Below are positions 48,407 through 58,759 of a DNA stretch of 64,000 nt, in pieces. Source of the stretch: Thermodesulfobacteriota bacterium (GTDB lineage: Bacteria; Desulfobacterota_D; UBA1144; Nemesobacterales; UBA2774). A model generated the notes under the pieces. It was not told the DNA's origin. It saw nothing but the letters and a program-made list of their open reading frames with translations, and did no database searches. Location of the stretch: positions 2,400,001 through 2,464,000 of the forward strand of contig OZ244991.1 in NCBI GenBank assembly GCA_965223335.1, given 5' to 3'. The translations under genes and the position numbers were made by a program. Positions within the stretch are counted from its first letter, which is position 1. The number at the start of each line of letters is the position of its first letter.

Positions 48407-50383
48407 ATGATTAGACAATTCTTAACAGCAATAATGGTGCTGGTACTGATGGGGCTAGTTTATATCCCACAGGCCCAGGCCCAGATTGGTACAGACAACC
48501 TCTTCTGTCCGGCTGTGCCTAACGACACAGGCTGGCTAGAGGTACAGATCCCAAACCCGGCTCAGGCCGACTTTACCGCTGGACTCATAGGTACGGTAGA
48601 GGGTTTTGCGGGTTCTGCAGTGGGTGGTTTGGACTGGATGCATAACAACGACGATTTTGCACCGTTCTTCCCATTCTTTAACGCTAACCCCACACCTACC
48701 ACAGACAGCGGCTCGCAGCTTGTGACCTGGTGGACACAGGCAGACAGCCGCAACACCTCTGTGCAGGTTACAAACTCAAACGTCTTCTCGGGTATAAACG
48801 TCCACGTGCGTATACTGGATGCAAACTGTGTAGAGATTCGTAACTTCTGCGATGCTTACACTCCCGGTGACACTCATGTGTATGACCTGGGGAACTTGGT
48901 AAGCAACGCAGGTGCACCGATAGCCGACGAAAACCTACAGGGCAAAGAGGGTATATTGGTAGTAACCTCGGTAAACGGATGTCCCAACCCTGATGAGGCT
49001 ATAGAGCATGACTACCTAACAGGTCAGACGGTTATCGTAGACTCTCAGGACTACATGTATGGAGTAAACATGTATGCCCGTCAGGCATTCTGTGACGAGG
49101 CCGGGGAAGTGAACATAATCAATAACGGCAGCTTCCAGAGTGGTGATCTTACCGGGTGGTTTGGAGCACAATTTACTCAACCACCATTACCCTTTGGTGT
49201 TATCGATCGAACAGGCATATCCCCCAACTTTGCAGCACCGCCTGCAACACCTCCGGACCCGGCTAATGATTTCTATGCATTTGTAGCACAATCCGATCTC
49301 AGTCTTTTTTATGGTGGAGGTTCTTTCGGTGGATTCCCTCCTACAGGGTTAGCAACGACAGACCTCTTTGTTGGTTTTGGTCCTCCATTGAGTGGTGCTG
49401 AAACCAACACAACCGTATTGCAAAGTGCCAACATCCCTGTCACCACCACTTCACTTGGAAATCTCATCACATATAATGCTGCGATATTAAGTGGAGGCCC
49501 TGTAAACACCTGTACTTCAGCGCATGCCGTGATTCTGATAGACCCAACAGGGGCAGCAGGAAACCCACAGATGGTTGATGCTAACTGTTATTACGACCCG
49601 TTTTATCTTAACCCCCCAACCTCTATCAACCTTATTAACAATGGTGTTGCAACTAGACCATGCACAGCTTTACCAACAAATGCTACCTCATACGCACTAG
49701 GAGCGTTCACGTTCCCTATGGGCAGTTCCTCGTTTATAAACGACACACTTACTGTCCCGGGTCCTGGCAATTATGTATTGCAAGTAGTTACAATGCAATC
49801 GTTTGGTTTAGATTGTCTGGTTGATTTTGATTCAGCTATCCTCGTAGACAACTTCCAGTTCTTAGAACCGTTTGTATGTTTCGAGGGCATAACTCCACTA
49901 GACGGAGTTAACTCCTTCTTGGATATAGTAGACCCGACTATCCTCGCAGGCCAGTTTAATGTACAGACCGGTGCTGCAGGTGGAGACGTAGCGCTTATCT
50001 CTTTTATAGACGACTACGGTCCCCCATACCGCGCAGTAGCAGCAGCAACAGACACTGCAGTGGGTATATGGGACGACACAGAAGACTTCTCAAGCTGTGG
50101 CGACGTACCGGTGTGCTTCTTAAGGTTGGGTGTGGACGAAGCAGTAGTGGCCAGTCAGGACTTTGTAGTAGCCCCGACACTAGGGCCGACACTGCCACCG
50201 ACAACACCACCTACACTGGGACCGACCTCTACACCTACGAATCCGCCTAGCGGCAGTGGGAGTGGAAGCTGTGCAATAGCAGCAAGCCCAGTAGAGCTTG
50301 GAAGCGGACTAGCCAACGTACTTATCCCACTAGTACCAGTAGCATTTGTATTCGGGGTAAGAAGACTGCGTAGGAAGAAATAA
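48407..50383 (+). CDS. Array protein class B, copy B2
   Basis: N- and C-regions nearly identical to B1; central domain divergent. Confidence 0.85.
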   Translation: MIRQFLTAIMVLVLMGLVYIPQAQAQIGTDNLFCPAVPNDTGWLEVQIPNPAQADFTAGLIGTVEGFAGSAVGGLDWMHNNDDFAPFFPFFNANPTPTTDSGSQLVTWWTQADSRNTSVQVTNSNVFSGINVHVRILDANCVEIRNFCDAYTPGDTHVYDLGNLVSNAGAPIADENLQGKEGILVVTSVNGCPNPDEAIEHDYLTGQTVIVDSQDYMYGVNMYARQAFCDEAGEVNIINNGSFQSGDLTGWFGAQFTQPPLPFGVIDRTGISPNFAAPPATPPDPANDFYAFVAQSDLSLFYGGGSFGGFPPTGLATTDLFVGFGPPLSGAETNTTVLQSANIPVTTTSLGNLITYNAAILSGGPVNTCTSAHAVILIDPTGAAGNPQMVDANCYYDPFYLNPPTSINLINNGVATRPCTALPTNATSYALGAFTFPMGSSSFINDTLTVPGPGNYVLQVVTMQSFGLDCLVDFDSAILVDNFQFLEPFVCFEGITPLDGVNSFLDIVDPTILAGQFNVQTGAAGGDVALISFIDDYGPPYRAVAAATDTAVGIWDDTEDFSSCGDVPVCFLRLGVDEAVVASQDFVVAPTLGPTLPPTTPPTLGPTSTPTNPPSGSGSGSCAIAASPVELGSGLANVLIPLVPVAFVFGVRRLRRKK

Positions 50384-50441
50384 TGGGGACCGCAAGGGAG
50401 CAGTTTCATCGCGACCGACAGGGTATAAATGGGGTCGCGGG
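50383..50441 (-). repeat. Single repeat-B module in reverse orientation
   Basis: Reverse complement matches the B unit at ~13225-13288 (cgcgat.aaactgctc.ct.gcggtccccat). Confidence 0.7.
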
Positions 50442-50629
50442 AAAGAAGTAGCATTATAAGACTCAACAAAACACGAGCGGGGTAGGAAATCACACACCTA
50501 CCCTGCTCCCTTCTTTTGCAACTAAATAAAGCTTTTCAAATATACCAATATTGTATTATAATAGTCTCAATATTAGGAAGAAGTTTGCATAGAGCAATTA
50601 AATCCAATCCTTTAAAGGAGGAAAGTAGG

Positions 50630-51673
50630 ATGATAAGCAGGCTAATATCAAAGACAAAGTACCTATTATTGCTGACATTAATCTTAATCCCGATCAAATC
50701 TTTTGCGGGTGATGATGTATTTTCCGATGCTATTGACCAGACCGACCGCAGTGTAGAAGACCTGGTCTATTTCTGGGACCTGCGCATGGCGCGCCAGACT
50801 TTTGCACAGTTGACCAACGTCTCACAGGGCAACGCATTTGTACATGTGCAAATATTCAACGTCACATCCCCTGCCGTTGTGTGCGAAGAGACCGACTTCG
50901 ACGACGTATACACCCCTGGCGACACACACGTATATGACCTAAGCAATTTGGTATCCAACTCCGATGCCGACGGGCTTACATTCGGCCCCGGGTTCTCGGC
51001 CCCCAACGCCGACCTTGACGAGGGCTACGGCCTTATGGTCATCTCGCTCGACTCAGGGCCCATAGACCCTCTAATCGGAATGTTCAGGATCATTGACGGC
51101 GACGGCGATTTTGAGTATAGGACCAATGCTGCGGGCGAAGAATTCTTCGGCTCCCCTTTCAATGACCTCTATTTCACCGCCGATGTTAATTTCAACAACG
51201 TAGACGGCTCCAACCTGTCCGACCTGGTAGGCCTTGTTTACAGGAGAGTCAACAACAGGTCGGTCGTTACCAGCCCCGAGCTATCTATTGTCTTTGGCTA
51301 TCCAACTGGTGATGTCGGCAGCGCACAACCCCAGATCCATATCTTCGATGAGTTCGAGAGCCCCACATCTTGCAGCCCGACTACGTTCTCATGTGCCCCG
51401 ACACTTGTGGACAAGGGCATAGACAACTTCCACCCCAACAGTAAGGGCGAGGTTAACAGGATTTGTAACGACAGTGTGGACGTAGGGTGGCTCTATATGC
51501 CTATCCAGCAGTTCTTCTGCTTCGATTTCGATCCTATATCGGGCCAGTGCCCATTCGGCAGCGTGTTCTTCGTAGGGTTCCTAGGGCTTAACAACGGAGA
51601 CGGTACAGGCTCGATGGACTCGTGGTGGACCCCAAGTGCATGCGATGAATCCGGCTGTCCCCCACCTGCATAG
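50630..51673 (+). CDS. Array protein class A, copy A5
   Basis: Same scaffold motifs. Confidence 0.85.
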   Translation: MISRLISKTKYLLLLTLILIPIKSFAGDDVFSDAIDQTDRSVEDLVYFWDLRMARQTFAQLTNVSQGNAFVHVQIFNVTSPAVVCEETDFDDVYTPGDTHVYDLSNLVSNSDADGLTFGPGFSAPNADLDEGYGLMVISLDSGPIDPLIGMFRIIDGDGDFEYRTNAAGEEFFGSPFNDLYFTADVNFNNVDGSNLSDLVGLVYRRVNNRSVVTSPELSIVFGYPTGDVGSAQPQIHIFDEFESPTSCSPTTFSCAPTLVDKGIDNFHPNSKGEVNRICNDSVDVGWLYMPIQQFFCFDFDPISGQCPFGSVFFVGFLGLNNGDGTGSMDSWWTPSACDESGCPPPA

Positions 51674-51697
51674 ATCATAATTATACTTAGACTACTA

Positions 51698-51730
51698 TAA
51701 GGAGCGGGTTATTTAAAATCCCGCTCCTTA
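51698..51730 (+). terminator. Terminator-like hairpin
   Basis: taaggagcggg...cccgctcctta. Confidence 0.6.
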
Positions 51731-51981
51731 TCCTTGCCGAAAAGTAAAAAATCCCTCTAAAATACTCTTACAACTACATTTGACCGCTTAACGTCACTGT
51801 ATTGTTTTAACATAGGGACTTTCCAACGGTTGTGTATTCAATGAATTTACTAATTACTATTGCCACAATTAAGAATATTGTAGTATAATATCATTCAAGA
51901 ATTATATTTGCTCATCAGAGTGTATTTATAATAATAAAGACTAGTTATAGTAATAATATCTATATCAAGGAGGAAACACGG

Positions 51982-53010
51982 ATGATTCAGAGTACAGTAT
52001 CTAGAGTAATTTGCTTAGCTTTTATAGCTGTGTTTGCAGTTATGCCGATATTACCAAATGATGCAGACGCAGGAGTTTTTGAAGCAATAGACCAGACCGA
52101 CCAGGCCACTGATAGTCTGGTTGTGTTCTGGGATATGCGTATGGCGCGCCAGACCTTTGTACAGGTAACTAATTTAGGTCAGGGCACGGTCACGGTACAC
52201 GTCCAAATCTTTAATGTAACTTCGCCTGTTACAGTTTGTGAAGAGACCGACTTCAACGATCGGTTCACTGCCGGTGATACACACGTATACGACCTGGGCA
52301 ACCTAGTGTCGAACAACGATGCCGATGGATTAGGTGGAGTTGGATTCTCAGCCCCAGCCGCTCAACTGGACGAAGGTTATGGCCTGCTTGTAGTATCTGC
52401 ATTCTTAGGCCCTCGTGGTGCCCTTATCGGCATGTTTCGTATCGTAGACGGCGACGGTGACTTTGAGTACAGGACAAATGCAGCTGGTGAAAATTTCATC
52501 GGTATTATAGATACATGGACTCGTGGCGATCTAAACTTCAATAATGTAGACGGATCCAACCTCTCGGATGTAGTTGGACTTGTTTACAGAAGGGTAAGTG
52601 TTTCTTCTGTAATTGCCAGCCCTCTAATCCAGGCAGTGTTTGGCAATGCTACTGGTGATGTTGGCAGCACGAATCCCCAGATCCATATATTCGACGAGTT
52701 CGAGAGCCCAACATCTTGCAGCCCCACCACATTTACATGTGCCCCGACACTGTTAGACAAGGGCATAGACAACTTCCACCCCAATTCCAAGGGCGAAGTA
52801 AACAGGATATGTAACGACAGCGTGGACGTAGGGTGGCTCTATATGCCGCTTCAGAGATTTAACTGCTTCGATCAAGACCCTGATGCGGGTAATTGCCAGT
52901 CGCTAAACCAATTCGTTGGGTTTTTGGGCCTTAACAACGGCAACGGCACCGGTTCTATGGACTCGTGGTGGACAACTGGTGTATTTGATGAAACACCAGT
53001 TGGACCGTAA
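51982..53010 (+). CDS. Array protein class A, copy A6
   Basis: Same scaffold; begins MIQSTVSRVICL. Confidence 0.85.
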   Translation: MIQSTVSRVICLAFIAVFAVMPILPNDADAGVFEAIDQTDQATDSLVVFWDMRMARQTFVQVTNLGQGTVTVHVQIFNVTSPVTVCEETDFNDRFTAGDTHVYDLGNLVSNNDADGLGGVGFSAPAAQLDEGYGLLVVSAFLGPRGALIGMFRIVDGDGDFEYRTNAAGENFIGIIDTWTRGDLNFNNVDGSNLSDVVGLVYRRVSVSSVIASPLIQAVFGNATGDVGSTNPQIHIFDEFESPTSCSPTTFTCAPTLLDKGIDNFHPNSKGEVNRICNDSVDVGWLYMPLQRFNCFDQDPDAGNCQSLNQFVGFLGLNNGNGTGSMDSWWTTGVFDETPVGP

Positions 53011-53065
53011 ATATCAAATGAAAATAAAAAACAAAAAGATGAATAAAATTAAGGAGGAAACTCGG

Positions 53066-55045
53066 ATGATTAAGAAATCCATTACAGCAGTATTACTGCT
53101 CTTGTTCCTGTGCTTTAGCTTCTCAAGCACATCTCAAGCTCAGATTGGCACAGACAACCTCTTCTGTCCGGCTGTGCCTAACGACACAGGGTGGCTAGAG
53201 GTACAGATCCCAAACCCCGCACAGGCCGACTTTACCGCAGGCCTCATAGGTACGGTAGAGGGTTTTGCGGGTTCTGCAGTGGGTGGTTTGGACTGGATGC
53301 ATAACAACGATACATTTGATCCATTCTTCCCAAACTTTAACGCCAACCCCACACCTACCACAGACAGTGGCTCACAGCTTGTGACCTGGTGGACACAGGC
53401 AGACAGCCGCAACACATCTGTGCAGGTTACAAACTCAAATGTAAACGATAGTATAAACGTCCACGTGCGTATACTGGATGCAAACTGTGTAGAGATCCGT
53501 AACTTCTGTGATGCTTACACTCCCGCAGACACTCATGTGTATGACCTGGGCAACTTGGTAAGCAACGCAGGTGCACCGATAGCTGACGAAAACCTACAGG
53601 GTAAAGAGGGTATATTGGTAGTAACCTCGGTAAACGGATGCCCCAACCCTGACGAGGCAATAGAGCATGACTACCTAACAGGTCAGACGGTTATCGTAGA
53701 CTCCCAGGACTACATGTATGGAGTAAACATGTATGCCCGTCAGGCATTCTGTGACGAGGCCGGGGAAGTAAACAAAATCCTAAACGGGAGTTTCCAGACT
53801 GGTGATCTTACATCGTGGGCTATAAGACAGGGAAGTATAAATGTAATTGCACCACCTGGTCCATCAACCGGTGTAATAGACCGCACAGGGATATCCCCGA
53901 ATTTGGCAGCACCGCCGGCAACACCCCCGGACCCTGCCAACGACTTCATGGCCTATGTAGTGTCGAGTACAGCTATTGATAGTGGCAACTACAATGGTGG
54001 AACTTACATTATCCCACCAGCACCACCAGCGCCAAGCCTAATTACATTTCCTCCTGGGCTGCCGCCATTAAATGCTGGTGTGAATGTAGCGATATTGGAA
54101 TCAGTAGAGTTTGAAGCTGATGCTTCTGGAACAGTTTCATTTGACTACTCACTATTGTCTCCGTCGCCAACCCCTCCAGCCACAGGATGTTCTTATGCAC
54201 TTGCTGTATTGCTAATAAACACAACAGGTATAGTGAACTTTATACAGGACGGTATTTGTTTTAGTGATCAGGCTAACCTCACAGTACCCTCACTTAATAT
54301 TCCTGGCCAATTGTCACAGCTATGCCAGACGTTACCTGTAGATGCCACGGACTATGTTCTAGGTCCGTTCTCATTCTTAGGGCATTCACCGTTCAATACA
54401 GACACAAGCCTATTTGTACCGGCTGCTGGGGATTATGCGATTCAAGTTGTCACAGCACAACAGCCATTCTGTATCACTGGTGGGCAGGAAGACGCTGGTG
54501 GTTTAGTAGACAACTTCCGTTTCATAGAGCCGATCCAATGCTTCGAGGGCTTAACTCCATTAGATGGAATAACCTCCTTCTTGGATATCGTAGACCCGAC
54601 TATCCTCGCAGGCCAGTTTAATGTACAGACCGGCTCGGCGGGTGGAGATGTAGCGCTTATCTCCTTTATAGACGACTACGGTCCCCCATACCGCGCAGTA
54701 GCAGCTGCCACAGATACTGCAGTGGGTATATGGGACGACACAGAGGACTTCTCAAGCTGCGGCGACGTACCGGTGTGCTTCCTGCGCTTAGGTGTGGACG
54801 AAGCAGTAGTGGCAAGTCAGGATTTTGTAGTAGCCCCGACACTAGGGCCGACACTGCCACCGACAACACCACCTACACTGGGACCTACACCTACACCTAC
54901 GAATCCGCCTAGCGGCAGTGGGAGTGGAAGCTGTGCAATAGCAGCTAGCCCAGTAGAGCTTGGAAGCGGACTAGCCAACGTACTTATCCCACTAGTACCG
55001 GTAGCGTTTGTATTCGGGGTAAGAAGGCTCCGCAGGAAGAAGTAG
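53066..55045 (+). CDS. Array protein class B, copy B3
   Basis: Conserved N/C regions, unique central domain. Confidence 0.85.
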   Translation: MIKKSITAVLLLLFLCFSFSSTSQAQIGTDNLFCPAVPNDTGWLEVQIPNPAQADFTAGLIGTVEGFAGSAVGGLDWMHNNDTFDPFFPNFNANPTPTTDSGSQLVTWWTQADSRNTSVQVTNSNVNDSINVHVRILDANCVEIRNFCDAYTPADTHVYDLGNLVSNAGAPIADENLQGKEGILVVTSVNGCPNPDEAIEHDYLTGQTVIVDSQDYMYGVNMYARQAFCDEAGEVNKILNGSFQTGDLTSWAIRQGSINVIAPPGPSTGVIDRTGISPNLAAPPATPPDPANDFMAYVVSSTAIDSGNYNGGTYIIPPAPPAPSLITFPPGLPPLNAGVNVAILESVEFEADASGTVSFDYSLLSPSPTPPATGCSYALAVLLINTTGIVNFIQDGICFSDQANLTVPSLNIPGQLSQLCQTLPVDATDYVLGPFSFLGHSPFNTDTSLFVPAAGDYAIQVVTAQQPFCITGGQEDAGGLVDNFRFIEPIQCFEGLTPLDGITSFLDIVDPTILAGQFNVQTGSAGGDVALISFIDDYGPPYRAVAAATDTAVGIWDDTEDFSSCGDVPVCFLRLGVDEAVVASQDFVVAPTLGPTLPPTTPPTLGPTPTPTNPPSGSGSGSCAIAASPVELGSGLANVLIPLVPVAFVFGVRRLRRKK

Positions 55046-55124
55046 AAGTAACAATTTAAAACAAAACACGAGCGGGGTAGGAAATCACTCACCTACCCTG
55101 CTCCTTATAAAAAGATTTAAAATA

Positions 55125-55160
55125 AGCCGGGTGAGTAAAATTTATTCACCTGGTTTTTTT
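55125..55160 (+). terminator. Intrinsic terminator
   Basis: gccgggtgagtaaa...tttattcacctggt + T-run. Confidence 0.7.
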
Positions 55161-55281
55161 GTGATCCTTCATTAGACGTATAGATATATTGCACATTACA
55201 ATATTGCAAACACACCTGCAATATATTAGAATAGTAACTACTCGTCTATATAAACAGTAAACAAGCTAAGGAGGAAGGATC

Positions 55282-56328
55282 ATGATCTATTCTATTTTAT
55301 CTAGACTCAGATATATCTTTGTATTGGCCCTAATAGCTTTTGCACCTACAGTCTCTGTGGCCGGGGGCAATGGGCAAACCATTTTCGAGGCCATTGACCA
55401 GACCGACCAGGCAGCGCCCAGACTAATATTTTTCTGGGATATGCGCATGGCACGCCAGACCTTTGCACAGGTCACAAATACCACACAGTTCCTATCATTC
55501 GTCCATGTGCAGATCTTTAACGTCACCTCTCCCGCAGTCGTATGCGAAGAGACCGACTTTGACGATGTGTACACCCCGGGCGACACACATGTGTACGACC
55601 TCGGCAATCTTTTGTCCAATAACGATGCCGACGGGCTCGGTTTTGTAGGCTTCTCGGCCCCGAGTGCCGACCTTGACGAGGGCTACGGCCTGCTGGTAGT
55701 GTCGCAGGAAAGCGGATCAAACGACCTAATCGGCATGTTCCGCATCATTGACGGCGACGGGGATTTTGAATATAGGACCAATGCCGCAGGCGAAGAGGTA
55801 TTCATACGCCCTGCTAACAATCTCTGGAACATCGCCGACCTCAACTTCAATGATGTAGACGGTTCCAATCTCTCAGATGTTGTAGGTCTTGTATACAGAA
55901 GTGTAGACACCGAATCGGTTGTAGCCGGCCCGCTAATCCAGGCAGTGTTCGGAGACGCTACAGGTGACGTTACCGACAGCTCCCCTCAAATACATATATT
56001 CGACGAGTTCGAGAGCCCCACATCCTGCAGCCCGACAACTTTTGCGTGTGACGTTGGGTTACTCGACAAGGGCATAGACAACTTCCACCCCAACTCTAAG
56101 GGCGAAGTAAACAGGATCTGCAACGACAGTGTGGATGTAGGGTGGCTGTTTATGCCGCTCTATAGATTCAACTGTTTCGACACCGATCCAGTAGATGGCT
56201 TATGTCCCTTGAGTATTTTCCCGACAGAGTTCTTCGTAGGGTTTCTGGGGCTTAACAACGGCGACGGCACCGGATCAATGGACTCGTGGTGGACACCTGG
56301 AATAAACGACGAAAGCGACAACTTATAA
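55282..56328 (+). CDS. Array protein class A, copy A7
   Basis: Same scaffold motifs. Confidence 0.85.
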   Translation: MIYSILSRLRYIFVLALIAFAPTVSVAGGNGQTIFEAIDQTDQAAPRLIFFWDMRMARQTFAQVTNTTQFLSFVHVQIFNVTSPAVVCEETDFDDVYTPGDTHVYDLGNLLSNNDADGLGFVGFSAPSADLDEGYGLLVVSQESGSNDLIGMFRIIDGDGDFEYRTNAAGEEVFIRPANNLWNIADLNFNDVDGSNLSDVVGLVYRSVDTESVVAGPLIQAVFGDATGDVTDSSPQIHIFDEFESPTSCSPTTFACDVGLLDKGIDNFHPNSKGEVNRICNDSVDVGWLFMPLYRFNCFDTDPVDGLCPLSIFPTEFFVGFLGLNNGDGTGSMDSWWTPGINDESDNL

Positions 56329-56565
56329 CCAATTACACAATACATGTTTAGACAGCGTCCCGGATTTACAAAATCGAAAACACAGCCGGGTTAGCAGCCA
56401 TTACTTGCCCAGCTTTTTGTGTTAATACATTAAGTAATTAGCATTGAAAAATCTTGTACTCATTGATCCACTTGATTAGAATTATTTTAAGAAATTCGTT
56501 TGACAACAACATGGAGTGGATGATGGGAATCCAAGATTAATCATATATATAAAGGAGACTTGTAT

Positions 56566-58509
56566 ATGTTACGTCCACTGCTTACACTTGTTACCATACT
56601 TGCTGTTTTTGCTGTTATCCACACCCCCAATGCCAACGCCCAGATTGGCACAGACAACCTACTCTGCCCCTCTGTACCCAACGAGGTGGGCTGGGTAGAG
56701 ATCCAGATCCCTAACCCCTCACAGGCCGACTTTACCGCTGGCCTTGTAGGCACCGTAGAGAACTTCGGCGGTGCTGCCGTGGGTGGACTCGACTGGATGC
56801 ATAACAACGACTTTTTTGATTTTGGCTTCTTCTTTTTCTTTGGAGCCAACCCCACACCTACCACAGACAGCGGCTCACAGCTTGTGACCTGGTGGACACA
56901 GGCCAACGGCCGCAACACCTCTGTGCAGGTAACAAACTCTAGTGTGTTTGTAGGGGGCCCTGTACACGTGAGGATACTTGATGCCAACTGTGTAGAGATC
57001 CGTAACTTCTGTGACTTCTACACCCCTGGCGACACACATGTGTATGACCTAGGGAACCTGGTGGATAACGGTGGGGTGGCAATCCCCGACGACAACCTAC
57101 AGGGTAAAGAGGGTATATTCCTCGTAACAGCAGTGGACGGGTGTCCTAACCCTGACAATGCAGTAGAGGCTGATTTCCTCACGGGTCAGACAGTAATAGT
57201 GGACCCCAACGATTACATGTACGGAGTAAACATGTATGCCCGTCAGGCGTTTTGTGACGAGGCCGGGGAACAGAACCTAATTTTAAACGGCAGCTTCCAG
57301 ACTGGGGGATTTAACATACCTAACCCACCACCTCTGGGACCAACGGAAGCATGGGATATCACACAGGGAAACACAAGTGGACCAAATGGTCCCCAAGCAG
57401 GGGTAATAAATCCCACAGGGATATCCCCCAATGTAGCAGCACCACCTGCAACACCGCCCGACCCTGAAAATGATTTTTATGTTTATGTAGTTGCTGCAGC
57501 TAATATAATCTCTGGCACATACAATGGCGGCGGCACTCCAGCATTGGCAAATGCAAATTTGATCAATGGTATAAGTGATGACAACGCTGCGGTATTAACT
57601 TCGATTGATTTTGTAACTACTCAGGGCGGCCCTCTCACATTCGATTACTCTATACTATTAGCCGGAAGGTCCAACGAATGTAATCCGACGTTTGTTGTTA
57701 TGCTTATCGATACGACAATACCTGCGATAATAACCGGTCAGTGTTATTTTAGCTCGGTTACATTGTCGGCATCTCTGAACCTGACTCTTGGTGGGACAAT
57801 ACCGTGTCAGGAGATTCCGACGGACGCCACCACATACACAATCACACCGTTTATATTCGAGGACGGTCGTTCGAGCTTTAATAACGACACAATAATTGTT
57901 CCAGGCCCCGGCACATACGAGATTCAGGTAGTAACGGTACAAGGGGATAATTGTTTTGATGATGACGCGAGTGGTATCCTTGTAGACAATTTCCGTTTCA
58001 TAGAACCGTTTGTATGCGATGGAACACTCGATGGGGTCAACTCCTTCCTAGACGTGGTAGATCCTACTATCCTCTCGGGCCAGTTTAATGTACAGACCGG
58101 CTCTGCAGGTGGAGACGCTGTAGTTATCTCTTTTGTAGACGACTACGGTCCCCCATACCGCGCACTCGCAGCTGCAACGGACACTGCAGTGGGTATTTGG
58201 GACGACCTGGAGACATTCACAAGCTGCGGCGACACACCGGTTTGCTTCTTGAGACTGGGCATAGACGAGGCTGTAGTGGCCAGTCAGGATTTTGTTATTA
58301 TCCCCACACTGGGGCCGACACTGCCTCCGACTACTCCACCCACATTAGGGCCTACACTGCCGCCAACCAACCCGCCTAGCGGAAAGAGCAGCGGTAGCTG
58401 TGCGATAGCCCAAAGCCCGGTAGAGCTCGGGAGCGGACTTGCGAACGTACTTATCCCACTTGTACCAGTAGCATTTGTATTCGGGGTAAGAAGACTTTTT
58501 AAAAAATAA
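56566..58509 (+). CDS. Array protein class B, copy B4
   Basis: Class B architecture, second subfamily. Confidence 0.85.
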   Translation: MLRPLLTLVTILAVFAVIHTPNANAQIGTDNLLCPSVPNEVGWVEIQIPNPSQADFTAGLVGTVENFGGAAVGGLDWMHNNDFFDFGFFFFFGANPTPTTDSGSQLVTWWTQANGRNTSVQVTNSSVFVGGPVHVRILDANCVEIRNFCDFYTPGDTHVYDLGNLVDNGGVAIPDDNLQGKEGIFLVTAVDGCPNPDNAVEADFLTGQTVIVDPNDYMYGVNMYARQAFCDEAGEQNLILNGSFQTGGFNIPNPPPLGPTEAWDITQGNTSGPNGPQAGVINPTGISPNVAAPPATPPDPENDFYVYVVAAANIISGTYNGGGTPALANANLINGISDDNAAVLTSIDFVTTQGGPLTFDYSILLAGRSNECNPTFVVMLIDTTIPAIITGQCYFSSVTLSASLNLTLGGTIPCQEIPTDATTYTITPFIFEDGRSSFNNDTIIVPGPGTYEIQVVTVQGDNCFDDDASGILVDNFRFIEPFVCDGTLDGVNSFLDVVDPTILSGQFNVQTGSAGGDAVVISFVDDYGPPYRALAAATDTAVGIWDDLETFTSCGDTPVCFLRLGIDEAVVASQDFVIIPTLGPTLPPTTPPTLGPTLPPTNPPSGKSSGSCAIAQSPVELGSGLANVLIPLVPVAFVFGVRRLFKK

Positions 58510-58571
58510 TGATGATTTAGACAATAAAACAGACAGAGATAAAAATCATGTCTGAAAATTATGATTTCCAT

Positions 58572-58614
58572 AAGAGCCGGGGAAATAAAATACATTCTCC
58601 CGGCTCTTTTTTTT
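58572..58614 (+). terminator. Intrinsic terminator
   Basis: aagagccggg...cccggctctt + T-run. Confidence 0.75.
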
Positions 58615-58759
58615 GTTAAATAGATTAATAGTTACCATTTAAAAATCTTGTAGTGATCTACATATTTTATTAGAATTAGGCAAAGTAGCCGGTTATCAAA
58701 CAAAATGGAATTGATGATGGATATTATTAAACTTCAACCCCTTTCAGGAGGACTCTCAC

